From Paraspadella gotoi (taxonomy: Eukaryota > Animalia > Chaetognatha): a stretch of 13,581 nt of DNA. Shown here piece after piece: positions 1 through 9,631 of the stretch (within the stretch, counting starts at the first letter, position 1; every line of letters starts with the position of its first letter). Both the position numbers and the translations under genes were made by a program. The notes beneath the pieces are model-generated. The model did not search any database, had not been told where the DNA came from, and was given only the letters and a program-made list of their open reading frames with translations. The stretch spans positions 1 through 13,581 of the forward strand of contig JBJCIZ010000261.1 in the NCBI GenBank assembly GCA_051294375.1, in the 5' to 3' direction.

Positions 1-247
1 ATCTTTCCATTTCTTTCTCAAAGAAATTCCCAATTCCCATTTTCCAACTTATTTCCCCTTTCCCCTTTTTTCCCTTTTCTCTTCGCCCCCATTTTTTTTA
101 TCGACGTCTTCTTCGAGAAAACATAATATTTGAGAGTAGGAGCGCCGACGTCGCGAGGAATGTCAGTCTTCTCAAATTCGTCGCGACGTGGGATCCGAAT
201 TCTCAATCTCGGATGGAAAATCGAAAATCACGAATGGCTAAGGGGCT

Positions 248-249
<2 letters not shown>

Positions 250-325
<76 letters not shown>
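250..325. repeat. (GA)n microsatellite
   Basis: Near-perfect GA dinucleotide run with one interruption, ending in a short (GT)n. Confidence 0.97.
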
Positions 326-328
<3 letters not shown>

Positions 329-706
329 TGTGTAAGCGCTATGAATCGAGAAAATATTCCTCATCCTCTCTCTCTCTTTCCTCTCGCTTTTATTTTCTCC
401 TCTCTCGCTTAAAAAGATCTTCATTGAATCTGTGGAAGATTCAAATCTTTCAGATTTCTCTTTCAAAAAAAAAAAAAAAAGGATTTATAAATTAAAGAAA
501 ATTTAAAAACAACTAAATTCACGAATTTCTTCGGATTTCGACAGCGAAACTTGGATTTTTCGATTCAAAAGAAAAAAAAAAAAAGTCGATGTTCGAGTAA
601 AATCATCGATTGTTTATATTTCTTGTTTCGATATATTCGGATCGATTTTTCGCTTCTTATCGATCAAAATATTTTCTCAACAATTCGACTTCTTTTAAAG
701 ATTTAT

Positions 707-871
707 AGGCTAAATTTTAACTCTCGCCGACCGGGGTTTTGACTCTTTTGAAAACTATTAAAAATATTTTATTTTTTGAAAAAAATAATAAAAATTATTA
801 CCTAATTACCCTAACCCTAAACCCACTCTTAACCCTAACCCTAACCCGGTCGGTGAAAGTAAAATTAACCT
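707..871. mobile_element. MITE-like non-autonomous DNA element with ~28-bp imperfect TIRs and internal CCCTAA repeats
   Basis: Left 707-735 AGGCTAAATTTTAACTCTCGCCGACCGGG versus reverse complement of 845-871 AGGTTAA-TTTTA-CTTTCACCGACCGGG (24 of 29 columns identical, 3 transitions, 2 gaps). ATTTAT flanks both sides (701-706 and 872-877). The core is AT-rich. Confidence 0.65.
809..847. repeat. Short interstitial telomere-like (CCCTAA)n repeats
   Basis: CCCTAACCCTAA at 809-820 and TAACCCTAACCCTAACCC at 830-847, inside the MITE-like element. Confidence 0.85.
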
Positions 872-1194
872 ATTTATATCCCAACAATGAGATACTAAAA
901 AAAACAAATGAGTCTTTATCAACATTTTTGTTTCGTTAGTTCGCCGTGTTTCCTTTCCCATTCCACTTCATTTTATCATCTTTTTCGCTGCGATTTTTTT
1001 TTCTTCCGCGTTCTTTAGTACACACGAAGGGCGGATCGCTAACTCACGTCCGCTTTCTCGTTACTATCATCGAACTAATCCACAGATTAACCCCGTAAAC
1101 AAAAAGGAGTACATCTTTATCATCGTTATCATCATCGTCTTCTCTCGTCGGTCATCGTTTTTTCATTTGTTACTCGATATTTCTCTCGTCTCTA

Positions 1195-1415
1195 ATTTCT
1201 CATCTCTCATTTCTCTCATCTCTATCTCTCTTCTGTCATTTCTCATCTCTCATATCTCATCTCTCATCTGTCATTTCTCATCTTTCATATCTCATCTCTC
1301 ATCTGTCATTCTCATCTCTTAACTCATATATCATCTGTCATTTCTCATCTCTCATATCTCATCTCTCGTCTCTAGTGTCTTGTCTCTTGTCACTTGTCAC
1401 TTATCACTTATCACA
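1195..1415. repeat. 7-mer minisatellite (TCTCATC variants) with a 35-bp higher-order unit
   Basis: The marker CTGTCATT recurs at 1233, 1268, 1303 and 1335 (spacing 35, 35, 32). It is followed by CTTGTCA/CTTATCA 7-mers at about 1386-1413. Confidence 0.9.
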
Positions 1416-2327
1416 TCTCAATTTCTTTGATATCATTAATCATTAAATCATTATCGATGTCAGTAGCCAATGATAAGACTGCCCCAATTAACGCTGCGCC
1501 ACATTCCGTGCCTTTGCCCCTAATTTAAACAGGTCCCTGTTTTAACACATACGGAATCTTGGACCCTCTCCAGAGGACCAGTAAATCTATCATTTTATGC
1601 CCTCTCCCCCCCAGGATTCATTGATCACCTTCGGCTCTCTACCTGATCCCTTTCGCCGTCCTTAAAAAAAGGATATAAACTAACTAATTCCTGAATAGAC
1701 GCCCGCCGATACCAAATACTGAATCGTCCGAGACAACTCCATTTTCTTCACTCTTCCCCAAGCTTTTAGCCTCGCTCGTCTTCTCTCTTACAAGCAAACG
1801 GAAACAGTCTTAACCTTTAGCCCAGTTAATCATCACAACTAAATGTCAGCGACGGGGCTGGAACTCGAAACCAGAGAAAATCCACGAAAAATCGCTCAAA
1901 CTCAAACGCACACTCATCAAACCGATCGGGTGAAATTTGAATTGTTTTCCGCTGCGTGCCAGGCTCCGTGCCGGCTGTGTGTCCGTCGTGTCCTGCCTTT
2001 CAGCCCCCTTCGGGCACGCGGAGACCTCGAGACACAGATTTCCGCATTTTCGGTTGAAGAGAGTGGGAGCTGGGGGGGAGGGGGCGAGGTAGAGAGGAGT
2101 GGAAGGGGGCGCTTGATCACCCCGACTAGTACGCGGGTAAAGGTCAACGGCGCTAGGGATCAAAGTTGTGGTTGTTTGTTGTTAAAACGTCGTTGTCGCG
2201 CTATGAAAAGAAAGCTGGATTTTTATTTTCGTCTGAGTTTGTTTTTTTGTAACATTCTGTTTCTTTAAATTCTTGATCGATATTTTTGTCCCTGAACCTG
2301 GAAAAGATGTCATAGTGACTCTCTCAT

Positions 2328-2409
<82 letters not shown>
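2328..2409. repeat. (TC)n microsatellite
   Basis: Near-perfect TC run. Confidence 0.97.
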
Positions 2410-2414
<5 letters not shown>

Positions 2415-3792
2415 GAACATTGACTCTGAATGATTTGACTAATTGAACTTTTTCGATTTTTTCTTCCCCACTTTGACTCTTTTTTTTCCTTTTTCACTTT
2501 TTAGCTTTTTCCTTTTTTTTTTTTCTCCTTTTTTTTTAAGTTTTCCTTTTTCGAACGAAGAGCGATTTTGCCTATTCGGCCTAAAATTTTTGTTGACAAG
2601 TTAAATATTTTTTTTTTATCAGTAAGTACAAAGCAATACCAAAAAAATAGGCAGCGACGTACATTTGACAAATTTTCTTATTTTTTCCCTTGAGGTCGAC
2701 GAGGGCACGAAACTTGGGACCTGCCAATATCAGGAGAAATTTTACTCTGGCCGAGTTATTAAAACTCAAAAAACAGAAACGTTGAAATTTTAATAATTTC
2801 AAATTTTTTTTTACTCTTTGTTCTTTTAAAATCTCGTATTTTATTCCCGGTCCCGCGATTCGTTGACCACCATTTTTTTTAACCGACAGCAACGACCGCC
2901 AACTCTCTGCAGTGACACACCGATTTGACCCAAGAGCAGAGTGACCAGCGTCAGCCTTTTTGTTTTCGCTCGACCGTCCCCCCTTTTTTTTTTCTGAACG
3001 AAGAAGTAAGAAAATCCGAAGATGAGAAACAAAAATCCAAGAAACTCGATTCTGTCAAATCGAAACTTCGCCTTTTCTTTCCCATTATTTTTCTTTTCTT
3101 ATTTCTTTTTCTTCCTTTTTTTCCCCCCTTTTCTTTCTTCAAGAATTCCAATTCTTCTTGACTCTTTCGGCTCAGTTTTCACGCTTTTTTTTTTCAGCTA
3201 ATTTTCTCCTTTTCTCATTCGACGAATGTGGTTTAATGTCGAAATTCCTTTTCCCTGCTCTTTTTTTTTTTCTCTCTTTGTTTCTGGACGAATACACGAA
3301 TGGGTTTGCCGTAACCCTCTCCAATTTTTTTAAACCCCTCAACTCTATCATCTCTTATCCTTTCTCCTCCCCCCCCCTCTCTCCCCCCCCCTTCTCTCGA
3401 TTCCCCACCTCTCGCCAGATTTTGCGAATCCCTCAATTTTTTTTTTTTTTTCTCTCTCTCAAAATTATTTCACTCTTTCTCGCTTCTATTTCATTTTCCA
3501 GTCATTTCGTTAATAAATATAAGTTTAGTATTTTGTCTCTTCGAAGGTTTCGGGGGCGGGTTTATAAATTATTATTACCAATTCATCCGATTTAATAACA
3601 GTATACCAATTCGCATACTATTTTCATTCCAAATATATTTCTAAGAAAGCAAAATCTTCATCCTCTTCGTCCGATCGTCGTTGTTTTTTCGGCGATGAAC
3701 CCAAATTGCTTTTATTGGTTCCATCTGAGGAAGCAATTAATTATTATGCAACGATTCCATCGCCGTTGAAGATAATAACCATTGTGCGCTCT

Positions 3793-3820
3793 GTCGTCGT
3801 CGTGGTCGTCGTCGTCGTCG
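3793..3820. repeat. (GTC)n trinucleotide repeat
   Basis: About 9 GTC units with one GTG variant. Confidence 0.9.
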
Positions 3821-3903
3821 ATGTTTTTTGTCTTGGATTCAAAACAGCGTGAAATAAGCAGAAGGCCGTCCTTTTCGACTTGGTTGCGAGAGGCTGGAAA
3901 AAA

Positions 3904-4040
3904 TCTCTCTCTTCTCTCTTCTCTCTCTTCTCTCTCTCTCTTCTTCTCTCCTCTCTCTCTCTCTCTCTCTCTCCCTCTCTCTCGTCTCTCTCTCTTCTTT
4001 TTCTCCAACTTTTTGAGCAGTCTCTCTCCATCTCTCTATC
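3904..4040. repeat. Imperfect (TC)n tract
   Basis: TC-dominated pyrimidine run. Confidence 0.93.
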
Positions 4041-4483
4041 TCCGACCCTGTAAGATCTAAAACTCGTTAAATATCGTCGATCGACATTAATTTGTGGCCA
4101 ACTGAATTCGATAACCAACAGTTGTGGGCAACCCTCGATTCCAAAAATTACAAAACCCTTAAAGTTGCAAAAATTTAGATATTCGTCGACCAATAACGCG
4201 AAATGTTCTTTCAACCTCGACAACGATTTTTAATAGCGCTTTTCGATTTAATAAAACCTAAGTTTTATTCGAATTATTAAGTATAGCGCCCCATTTGCGT
4301 TGACTGCGACAACAAAGAATCGCTGTGCCATATTTTTCTCCGGTTATCCTCTTCGGTCTTCATCTCCACAGTGGGCTTTATTCTAATGCAATCAGATACG
4401 CCGCCATTTTTATGGTCGATTCACACAAAAATTTTATGTCGTTTGCTTCTTCGAAGACGAGCGGAGTCACTTCCGGAGCCAGA

Positions 4484-4527
4484 AAGAGAGAGAGAGAGAG
4501 AGAGAGAGAAGAAAGAGAGAGAGTGAG

Positions 4528-4615
<88 letters not shown>

Positions 4616-4627
4616 GAGAGAGAGAGA
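4484..4627. repeat. (GA)n microsatellite
   Basis: About 140 bp of almost pure GA. Confidence 0.97.
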
Positions 4628-4777
4628 TGAGGAAAATATCCAAAGCCAATGAGAGATAGAGAGGAGCGAGAGGGAGGAAAATTCGGTAGGTTCGTGGCTC
4701 CCCAATTGTCGAGAAAGACGGGGAGCAATTCTGCCCAATTATGGATTATTTGTGTTCGTCTCGTCTTCGGCTTCAAT

Positions 4778-4805
4778 GTCGTCGTCGTCGTCGTCGTCGT
4801 CGTCG
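4778..4805. repeat. (GTC)n trinucleotide repeat
   Basis: About 9 perfect GTC units. Confidence 0.92.
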
Positions 4806-5596
4806 AGAATTGAAGGGCCATTCTGATGCAAACTCTGCGCGGAGCAATCATATTTACGGGACGACGAGTTTTCCTGTCCTCGTTATTAGTCGTCGTTCGT
4901 CGTTGTTATCCTCGTCGTCGTCGTTATCGCCGGCATTGTTGTTCGGCGGGAAAAATTTTTCGATTTTCCGCGCCATCTCCCGCTTCCGCCGCACCACGCC
5001 GCCGCTTCCGACTTTCGCTTCCACCGAAAATGTTTTCCTTACGTTTTCTTCCTCTGTTTTTGTTTACGTAATAAATAGAAAACGTTTTTGTTTAGTTATT
5101 ATTTTCTTTCCCGCGACTTATTCGATCTATTATATCCGGTCCTCAGTCGTCCCCCCCCCCCCCTTCTCTTGCGAGGTCAGAGACCGAGCTGTAGGTCAGA
5201 ACCTTTCACGAAAAGAAAAAAAAACGAGAAGAAATTCTAAGGTGAACATCTTCCTCAGGAGAAGTAAAAAAACCTCCACGCAACAGTTCAGTTTAAACAT
5301 CGTATTACTATTTTTTTGTTTAATCGGCGAAATTTCCTTGGCCCAAATTCCAAGTCTAAGATTTTAATGAAAGAAAATTTAAACGTCTGACTCTCTGTGG
5401 CTTGACTGTCTGATGTCAGTTACTCTTTTCTTTCCTCCTCCCTATCATTTGTTTTTTCATTTTATTATCTAAATAGATTTTTAAAAATAAAATTTTTATT
5501 GACCTCATTCTTTTTTTTAGTACTACATCTGGAAAAAAAACATCGAAAAACTGAAAGAAATAAAATCAAAACAAATATAAATTAAAAAATCTACGT

Positions 5597-5613
5597 GAGA
5601 GAGAGAGAGAAGC

Positions 5614-5650
<37 letters not shown>

Positions 5651-5691
5651 AGAGAGAAGAGAGGAGAGGAGAAGAGTGAGAGAGAGAGAGA
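5597..5691. repeat. Imperfect (GA)n tract
   Basis: GA-dominated purine run. Confidence 0.93.
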
Positions 5692-5893
5692 TCTCGTCGC
5701 TGTTTAAGTCCCGGTCGTCAAGTGCCGTCACGACTTGTCACGTTAACCCGCGGCCCTCCGTCGCCACGGCCAATCTGCCGCAGGAAGCCCCGTTGCTGTT
5801 CCCCTTGCTATTTTCGTGACAGAGGCTTTTTTATCTTCTCTGTGTAATTGACGACAAAAAAAATGATGTCACCGCTCATGTCACAATCACAAG

Positions 5894-5928
5894 AAAACAA
5901 GTTTGAGCAAACAATTTCGGATCTGCCT
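5894..5928 (-). mobile_element. Candidate 3' end (subterminal inverted repeat) of a DINE-1/Helentron-like element
   Basis: TCGGATCTGC at 5917-5926 is the exact reverse complement of GCAGATCCGA at 8534-8543. It is preceded by a small palindrome GTTTG-AG-CAAAC (5901-5912) and AAAACAAG (5894-5901; CTTGTTTT on minus), which is the order expected at a DINE-1-type 3' end. Confidence 0.5.
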
Positions 5929-5932
5929 ACAG

Positions 5933-6005
5933 ATTAATATAATTAATTAATTAATTAATTAATAGATTAATTAATTATTAATTAATAGATTAATTATAAT
6001 TATAT
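5933..6005. repeat. (TTAA/TAAT)n AT-rich repeat
   Basis: ATTAATTAATTAATT... tetranucleotide run; a similar tract occurs at about 7860-7940. Confidence 0.85.
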
Positions 6006-6425
6006 ATTCAGCTTGTCATCATCGATGTCCTTAAAATTGAGTCAGGACAGTTATTAAATGTTTTGTTTACATTTTATCAAAACAAAACAAATATCCTCTA
6101 TTATCGAGCCAGGCGGGCAAAGCCCGTCCTGTCTAGATTTTTTTTCGGTTAGCTTCGGTCTCGCTTTTTTGCAATCATGGCTTCTGAAGTGTGATATCAT
6201 AGGGAGTTGAATTTCATATATGGCTTCTAATCATCAAGATCTTTAAAATTCTCATGTTTCATATCAATATTGGTATTTGTTTATGTTTTATTTACAGAAA
6301 ACATAAAACGTTTTAATTATATGTCGCTCTCTCTCTCTCTTTTTCTCCGTCACTGCTTCTTCTAAAAATGAGTTTCCGGCTCTGCGCGTCTGTCCAGCTT
6401 CTTTTCTCTCTCTCTCTCTCTCTTT

Positions 6426-6459
<34 letters not shown>

Positions 6460-6524
6460 CTCTCCTCCTTTTTTACAAAAAATTTTAGATATAATGAAGT
6501 GCGGTTCACTAATGTAAAAAACGA

Positions 6525-6590
6525 TGCCGCGAACAGGAGCGCGAACCCGGGTCCTTTTTGGGTAGAGAATAGCTCAACGCTACTTGCGGC
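6525..6590 (-). pseudogene. Degenerate tRNA-like sequence (tRNA pseudogene or tRNA-derived SINE head)
   Basis: Minus strand reads GCCGCAA-GTAGCGTTGAGCTA-TTCTCTACCCAAAAAGG-ACCCGGGTTCGCGCTCCTGT-TCGCGGC-A. It has a 6/7-bp acceptor-like stem, a TAGC/GCTA D-like stem, a B-box-like GGTTCG..TCC, and TTTTTT three nt downstream (6521-6516). The anticodon stem pairs poorly. Confidence 0.4.
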
Positions 6591-7070
6591 ACGCCATAAA
6601 GTACTCGCCTGAATTTTTTAAGAGTTAAAGGGGCTTGTATAGAGTTTCTCCTCTCTCTCTCCTCTTTTAATTTTATATATCCTCTTGCTCTTTTTCTATT
6701 TTTCTCATGCAGCGGGCTGTCTCTCTCTCTCTTCTCTTTTCTTCTCTCTCTCTCTGGCTCTCTGTCTCTCTCTGCGTCTGTGATCTGTTCCCTATCTGTC
6801 CGATCTTTTGCTGCGCCTTTCATGACTAAACGCGTTGCATCGTTTGTTTTTTTGAAAAATTTCTGATTATTTTTTTCCTCTAAAAAACTTTTTATTATTG
6901 CCATTTATTCCGCGCTTTTTTCAATAAAAAATCCCATATTTTCATCCGAGATTTTCGTGGATTATTCTCTTTCTTTCTCTCTCTCTCTCCTCTCTCTTTC
7001 TCTCTCTCTTCTCTCTCTCTCGTCTCTCTCTCTCTCTTTCCTCATACACGGGCATTTGTTTGTTTCTATT

Positions 7071-7250
7071 GACCTATCATCGCCATCACTGACAGGACTA
7101 TCATCACAGCAGGCTGAATGACTATCATCGCTATCAATAAATTGATTATCATTCGAATCAATATATCAATTCCTATTACATCAATAAATTACTATTACAT
7201 CAATCAATTAGTATTCATCAATCAATTACTAGCTACATCAACAAATTCGT
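7071..7250. repeat. Compound minisatellite: 24-bp period followed by ~19-bp period
   Basis: A GACTATCATC-like motif occurs at about 7071, 7096, 7120 and 7144. CTATTACATCAATMAATTA-like units follow at 7173, 7192, 7211 and 7229. Confidence 0.85.
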
Positions 7251-7499
7251 TATCGCATGATTCATTCGTTTTTTTTCCCGGTTTTTTTCATTAATTTCTA
7301 TATAGTGCGGCTCTTGGCTCGATCTTGAGTCTTTTTAAGCATTTTTTATATTTTATGTCTCCTTCTCCTCTCTCTCTCTCTCACTCTCTCTCTTTCTCTC
7401 TCACTCTCTCTCTCTCTTCTCTCTCTCTCTCTGCTCTCTCTCAAAATTCATCTCAAATCTATCATGGGTTAAATAAATAAAAAGATTCAAGTAAATGTA

Positions 7500-8550
7500 C
7501 TCATATTTTTTTCATTTTAAACTTCATGTTCCACTGGTACGTTTCACTAAAACTTTATATCAAGCTTCGTGTCATACGTTATTTTCCTACCCACACACAA
7601 AAATTTCAACTCAAATCTATCCATCAATTATGATTATTGGCTAGTATTTATTGGTTAAAATAAGTAAAAGATTTAGTAAAATTCTCGACTTATGTTTATT
7701 TTCCATTTTTAAACTAATTTCCACTCACACGAATTCCATCGAAATTTTATATCCAGCTTTATTCACCACACTTTCCTACCCACACACAAAATTTAAATCC
7801 AATCCAACCACCATCACGAGTTATTGCGAGCTTTTTTGCTAGATGGGGCGGATCACGGATTGATTTGACTAATTAATTAATTATTGATTTATTTATTTAC
7901 TAATTGATTAATTAACTGATTAATATTTTGATTTATTAATACATCCTGCATTGATACATTTTAATATTAAAAGAAAAGAAAGCATTAATCAATTAGTAAA
8001 ACAGGTTTTTTTTGTTTTTTTCCATTTAAACTCATTTCCACTTCAAACTATTCCATCGAAACTTGCATTTCCTGTTTAAATCACACACTTTCCTACCCAC
8101 ATACAAAAATTCCAGGTCAATCAGCCCATCCACTCATTGAGGCAATTGGTGTTCAAAATAGTGAATATATTTTTTGTTTTTCCATTTTAACTCATTTCCA
8201 CTCGGACGATTCCATCGAAACTTAATATCCAGCTCAATCACACACTGTACCTTCCACACACCAAAATTTCATTTAAATCCATTCCATCCAATCCACGAGA
8301 GTAATTGGTGTGTTTTTTGCTAAAGTGGGACGGACGGACGACGGCGTTTACGGGACAGACAGACGGGACGGACGGACATCATTTTTTATTGCATTAATTT
8401 ATTCATAATTCGATGTTCTGACATTGATATAAGGCGACTGTGCCCGACAATATTGAGGGCGGCGGACCGACGGACCGAAAAAGTGAGTTATTTAAAAAAG
8501 CTGAGTTATTAGATCGGGATCTGCCTGATTTAAGCAGATCCGACTAAAAA
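7500..8550 (-). mobile_element. DINE-1/HINE-like non-autonomous Helentron (rolling-circle) element
   Basis: Read on the minus strand from 8550: a T-run, a terminal hairpin (GGATCTGC 8517-8524 / GCAGATCC 8534-8541), a (GTCC/GTCT)n microsatellite (8328-8378), then four diverged copies of a ~100-130-bp core. The core anchor TTCCTACCCAC lies at 7584, 7773 and 8090 with a variant at 8248, and TTCCATCGAAA is present in three copies. This order matches the known DINE-1 architecture. Confidence 0.72.
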
Positions 8551-8616
8551 TTCTAGATCACCGAAACTGTCTCAGTCTCTCTCAATCTGAATTAAGATCG
8601 ATATGGCGCGATTCCG

Positions 8617-8637
8617 AGGTCAAGGTCACAGTGACCT
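8617..8637. promoter_or_regulatory. Nuclear-receptor half-site cluster: AGGTCA-AGGTCA-cag-TGACCT (DR0 plus perfect IR3/ERE consensus)
   Basis: AGGTCA at 8617-8622 and 8623-8628, CAG spacer, TGACCT at 8632-8637; includes TCAAGGTCA at 8620-8628. Motif match only; function untested. Confidence 0.35.
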
Positions 8638-8839
8638 CACTGTCACAGACGTGTCACGGCTTTGAAAATGTTCACGATAGATGTCATTACTGATATCGCC
8701 AAAATAAACCGGCGTCCTAACCGGATTTCCTTCAAAAGGAATTACTTCCTCGCAGAAGAAAATTTATTTTAACAAAAAATATTTTTTAAAAAGATGCTTT
8801 ATTGAATTCGAGAAAGACGACCAGTTATTTGGTTAAACC

Positions 8840-9068
8840 ACGACAAGGACGACGACGAAGACGACGACGAAACGAAGACCGTAGACGAAGACGGACGACG
8901 AAGACGACGACGACGAAGACGAAGACGAAGACGAAGACGACGACGAGACGCGACGACGAAGACGACGACGAAGACGAAGACGACGACGCAAGACGACGAC
9001 GAAGACGACGACGAAGACGACGACGAAGACGTAAGAAAAGAAGAAAACGAAGAGGGCAGACGACGACG
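8840..9068. repeat. Compound (GAC)n/(GACGAA)n repeat
   Basis: About 230 bp of GAC and GAA triplets with several phase shifts. Confidence 0.95.
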
Positions 9069-9631
9069 GCCAAAGAAAAAAATTCAAAACTAAGTCTCTT
9101 TAAATCCCGGATAAAAAAAAAGGAAAACTTGAGTAAAACCGAATCATTCTTTTATTTTTTTTTTTATTTTTAAGTTGGTGGAATGTGAAGCCATGGCCCG
9201 CCGTTCACACCCGCGTCTCAGTCCTTCTCTTTAATTTCCATTCCAATTTTACCCGCAGTTTGGAGTTCGCGTTTATTAGGATATATAAGTACTTCCAATT
9301 CAATTAGGTTTGGGACAAATTCCTGGTCCGTTTTGGATTACTTGATTCCAAAGTCCTATATATTACGAACCATTTTTGGCGGACTGGAGAATGAGATGGG
9401 CGAAATAAAAAATTGTGGGCGGTCGGGGACGAAACAAAGGGCACTAGTGACAATGAAAGACGGGGACAAGGAGAGGAGGGTGGTGATTTAAGGGCGATAC
9501 AAAAAGTGGAGCGAGACAAAGGGAAGCGGCCTCCATTTCCAATCTCCGTTCGCCTCTCAGTTTACGACCAAATCTTTTTATTCAGGATTTTTTTTTTTTG
9601 TTTTTTCGAAATTCCGCTGTGTGTCTTTCGC

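Larger units (their letters stand above)
6327..7442. repeat. Cluster of separate imperfect (TC)n tracts
   Basis: TC runs at about 6327-6338, 6405-6463, 6648-6775, 6967-7042 and 7360-7442, all on the same strand. Confidence 0.9.

Noticed and set aside
809-847. True telomere or chromosome-fusion site
   Set aside because: Only about five units on one strand, enclosed by inverted repeats.
1503-1557. Nested stem-loop as a pre-miRNA
   Set aside because: Only two 7-bp stems separated by a large asymmetric internal loop.
1843-2268. 141-aa ATG-initiated ORF in a GC-rich patch
   Set aside because: No recognisable motif, and overlapping ORFs on both strands indicate a composition effect.
3712-4851. 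ORFs with (RE)n or (SL)n tracts, also at 203-466, 5595-5819, 6288-6904, 10300-10773 and 11197-11565
   Set aside because: They are open only because GA/TC microsatellites contain no stop codons.
4741-5367. 208-aa ORF
   Set aside because: Built from GTC repeats and homopolymer runs, with no protein-like features.
6103-7323. 9-bp inverted match ATCGAGCCA (6103-6111) / TGGCTCGAT (7315-7323) as element ends
   Set aside because: Too short to exceed chance, and there is no target duplication.
7500-8300. Regularly recurring motifs as a CRISPR array
   Set aside because: The units are over 100 bp, diverged along their whole length and irregularly spaced. The context is eukaryotic and no cas genes are present.
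8802-9173. 123-aa Arg/Asp/Thr-rich ORF and its antisense ORFs
   Set aside because: Simply the translation of the GAC/GAA repeat; the phase shifts give poly-R, poly-T/K and poly-D/E in turn, with no domain.
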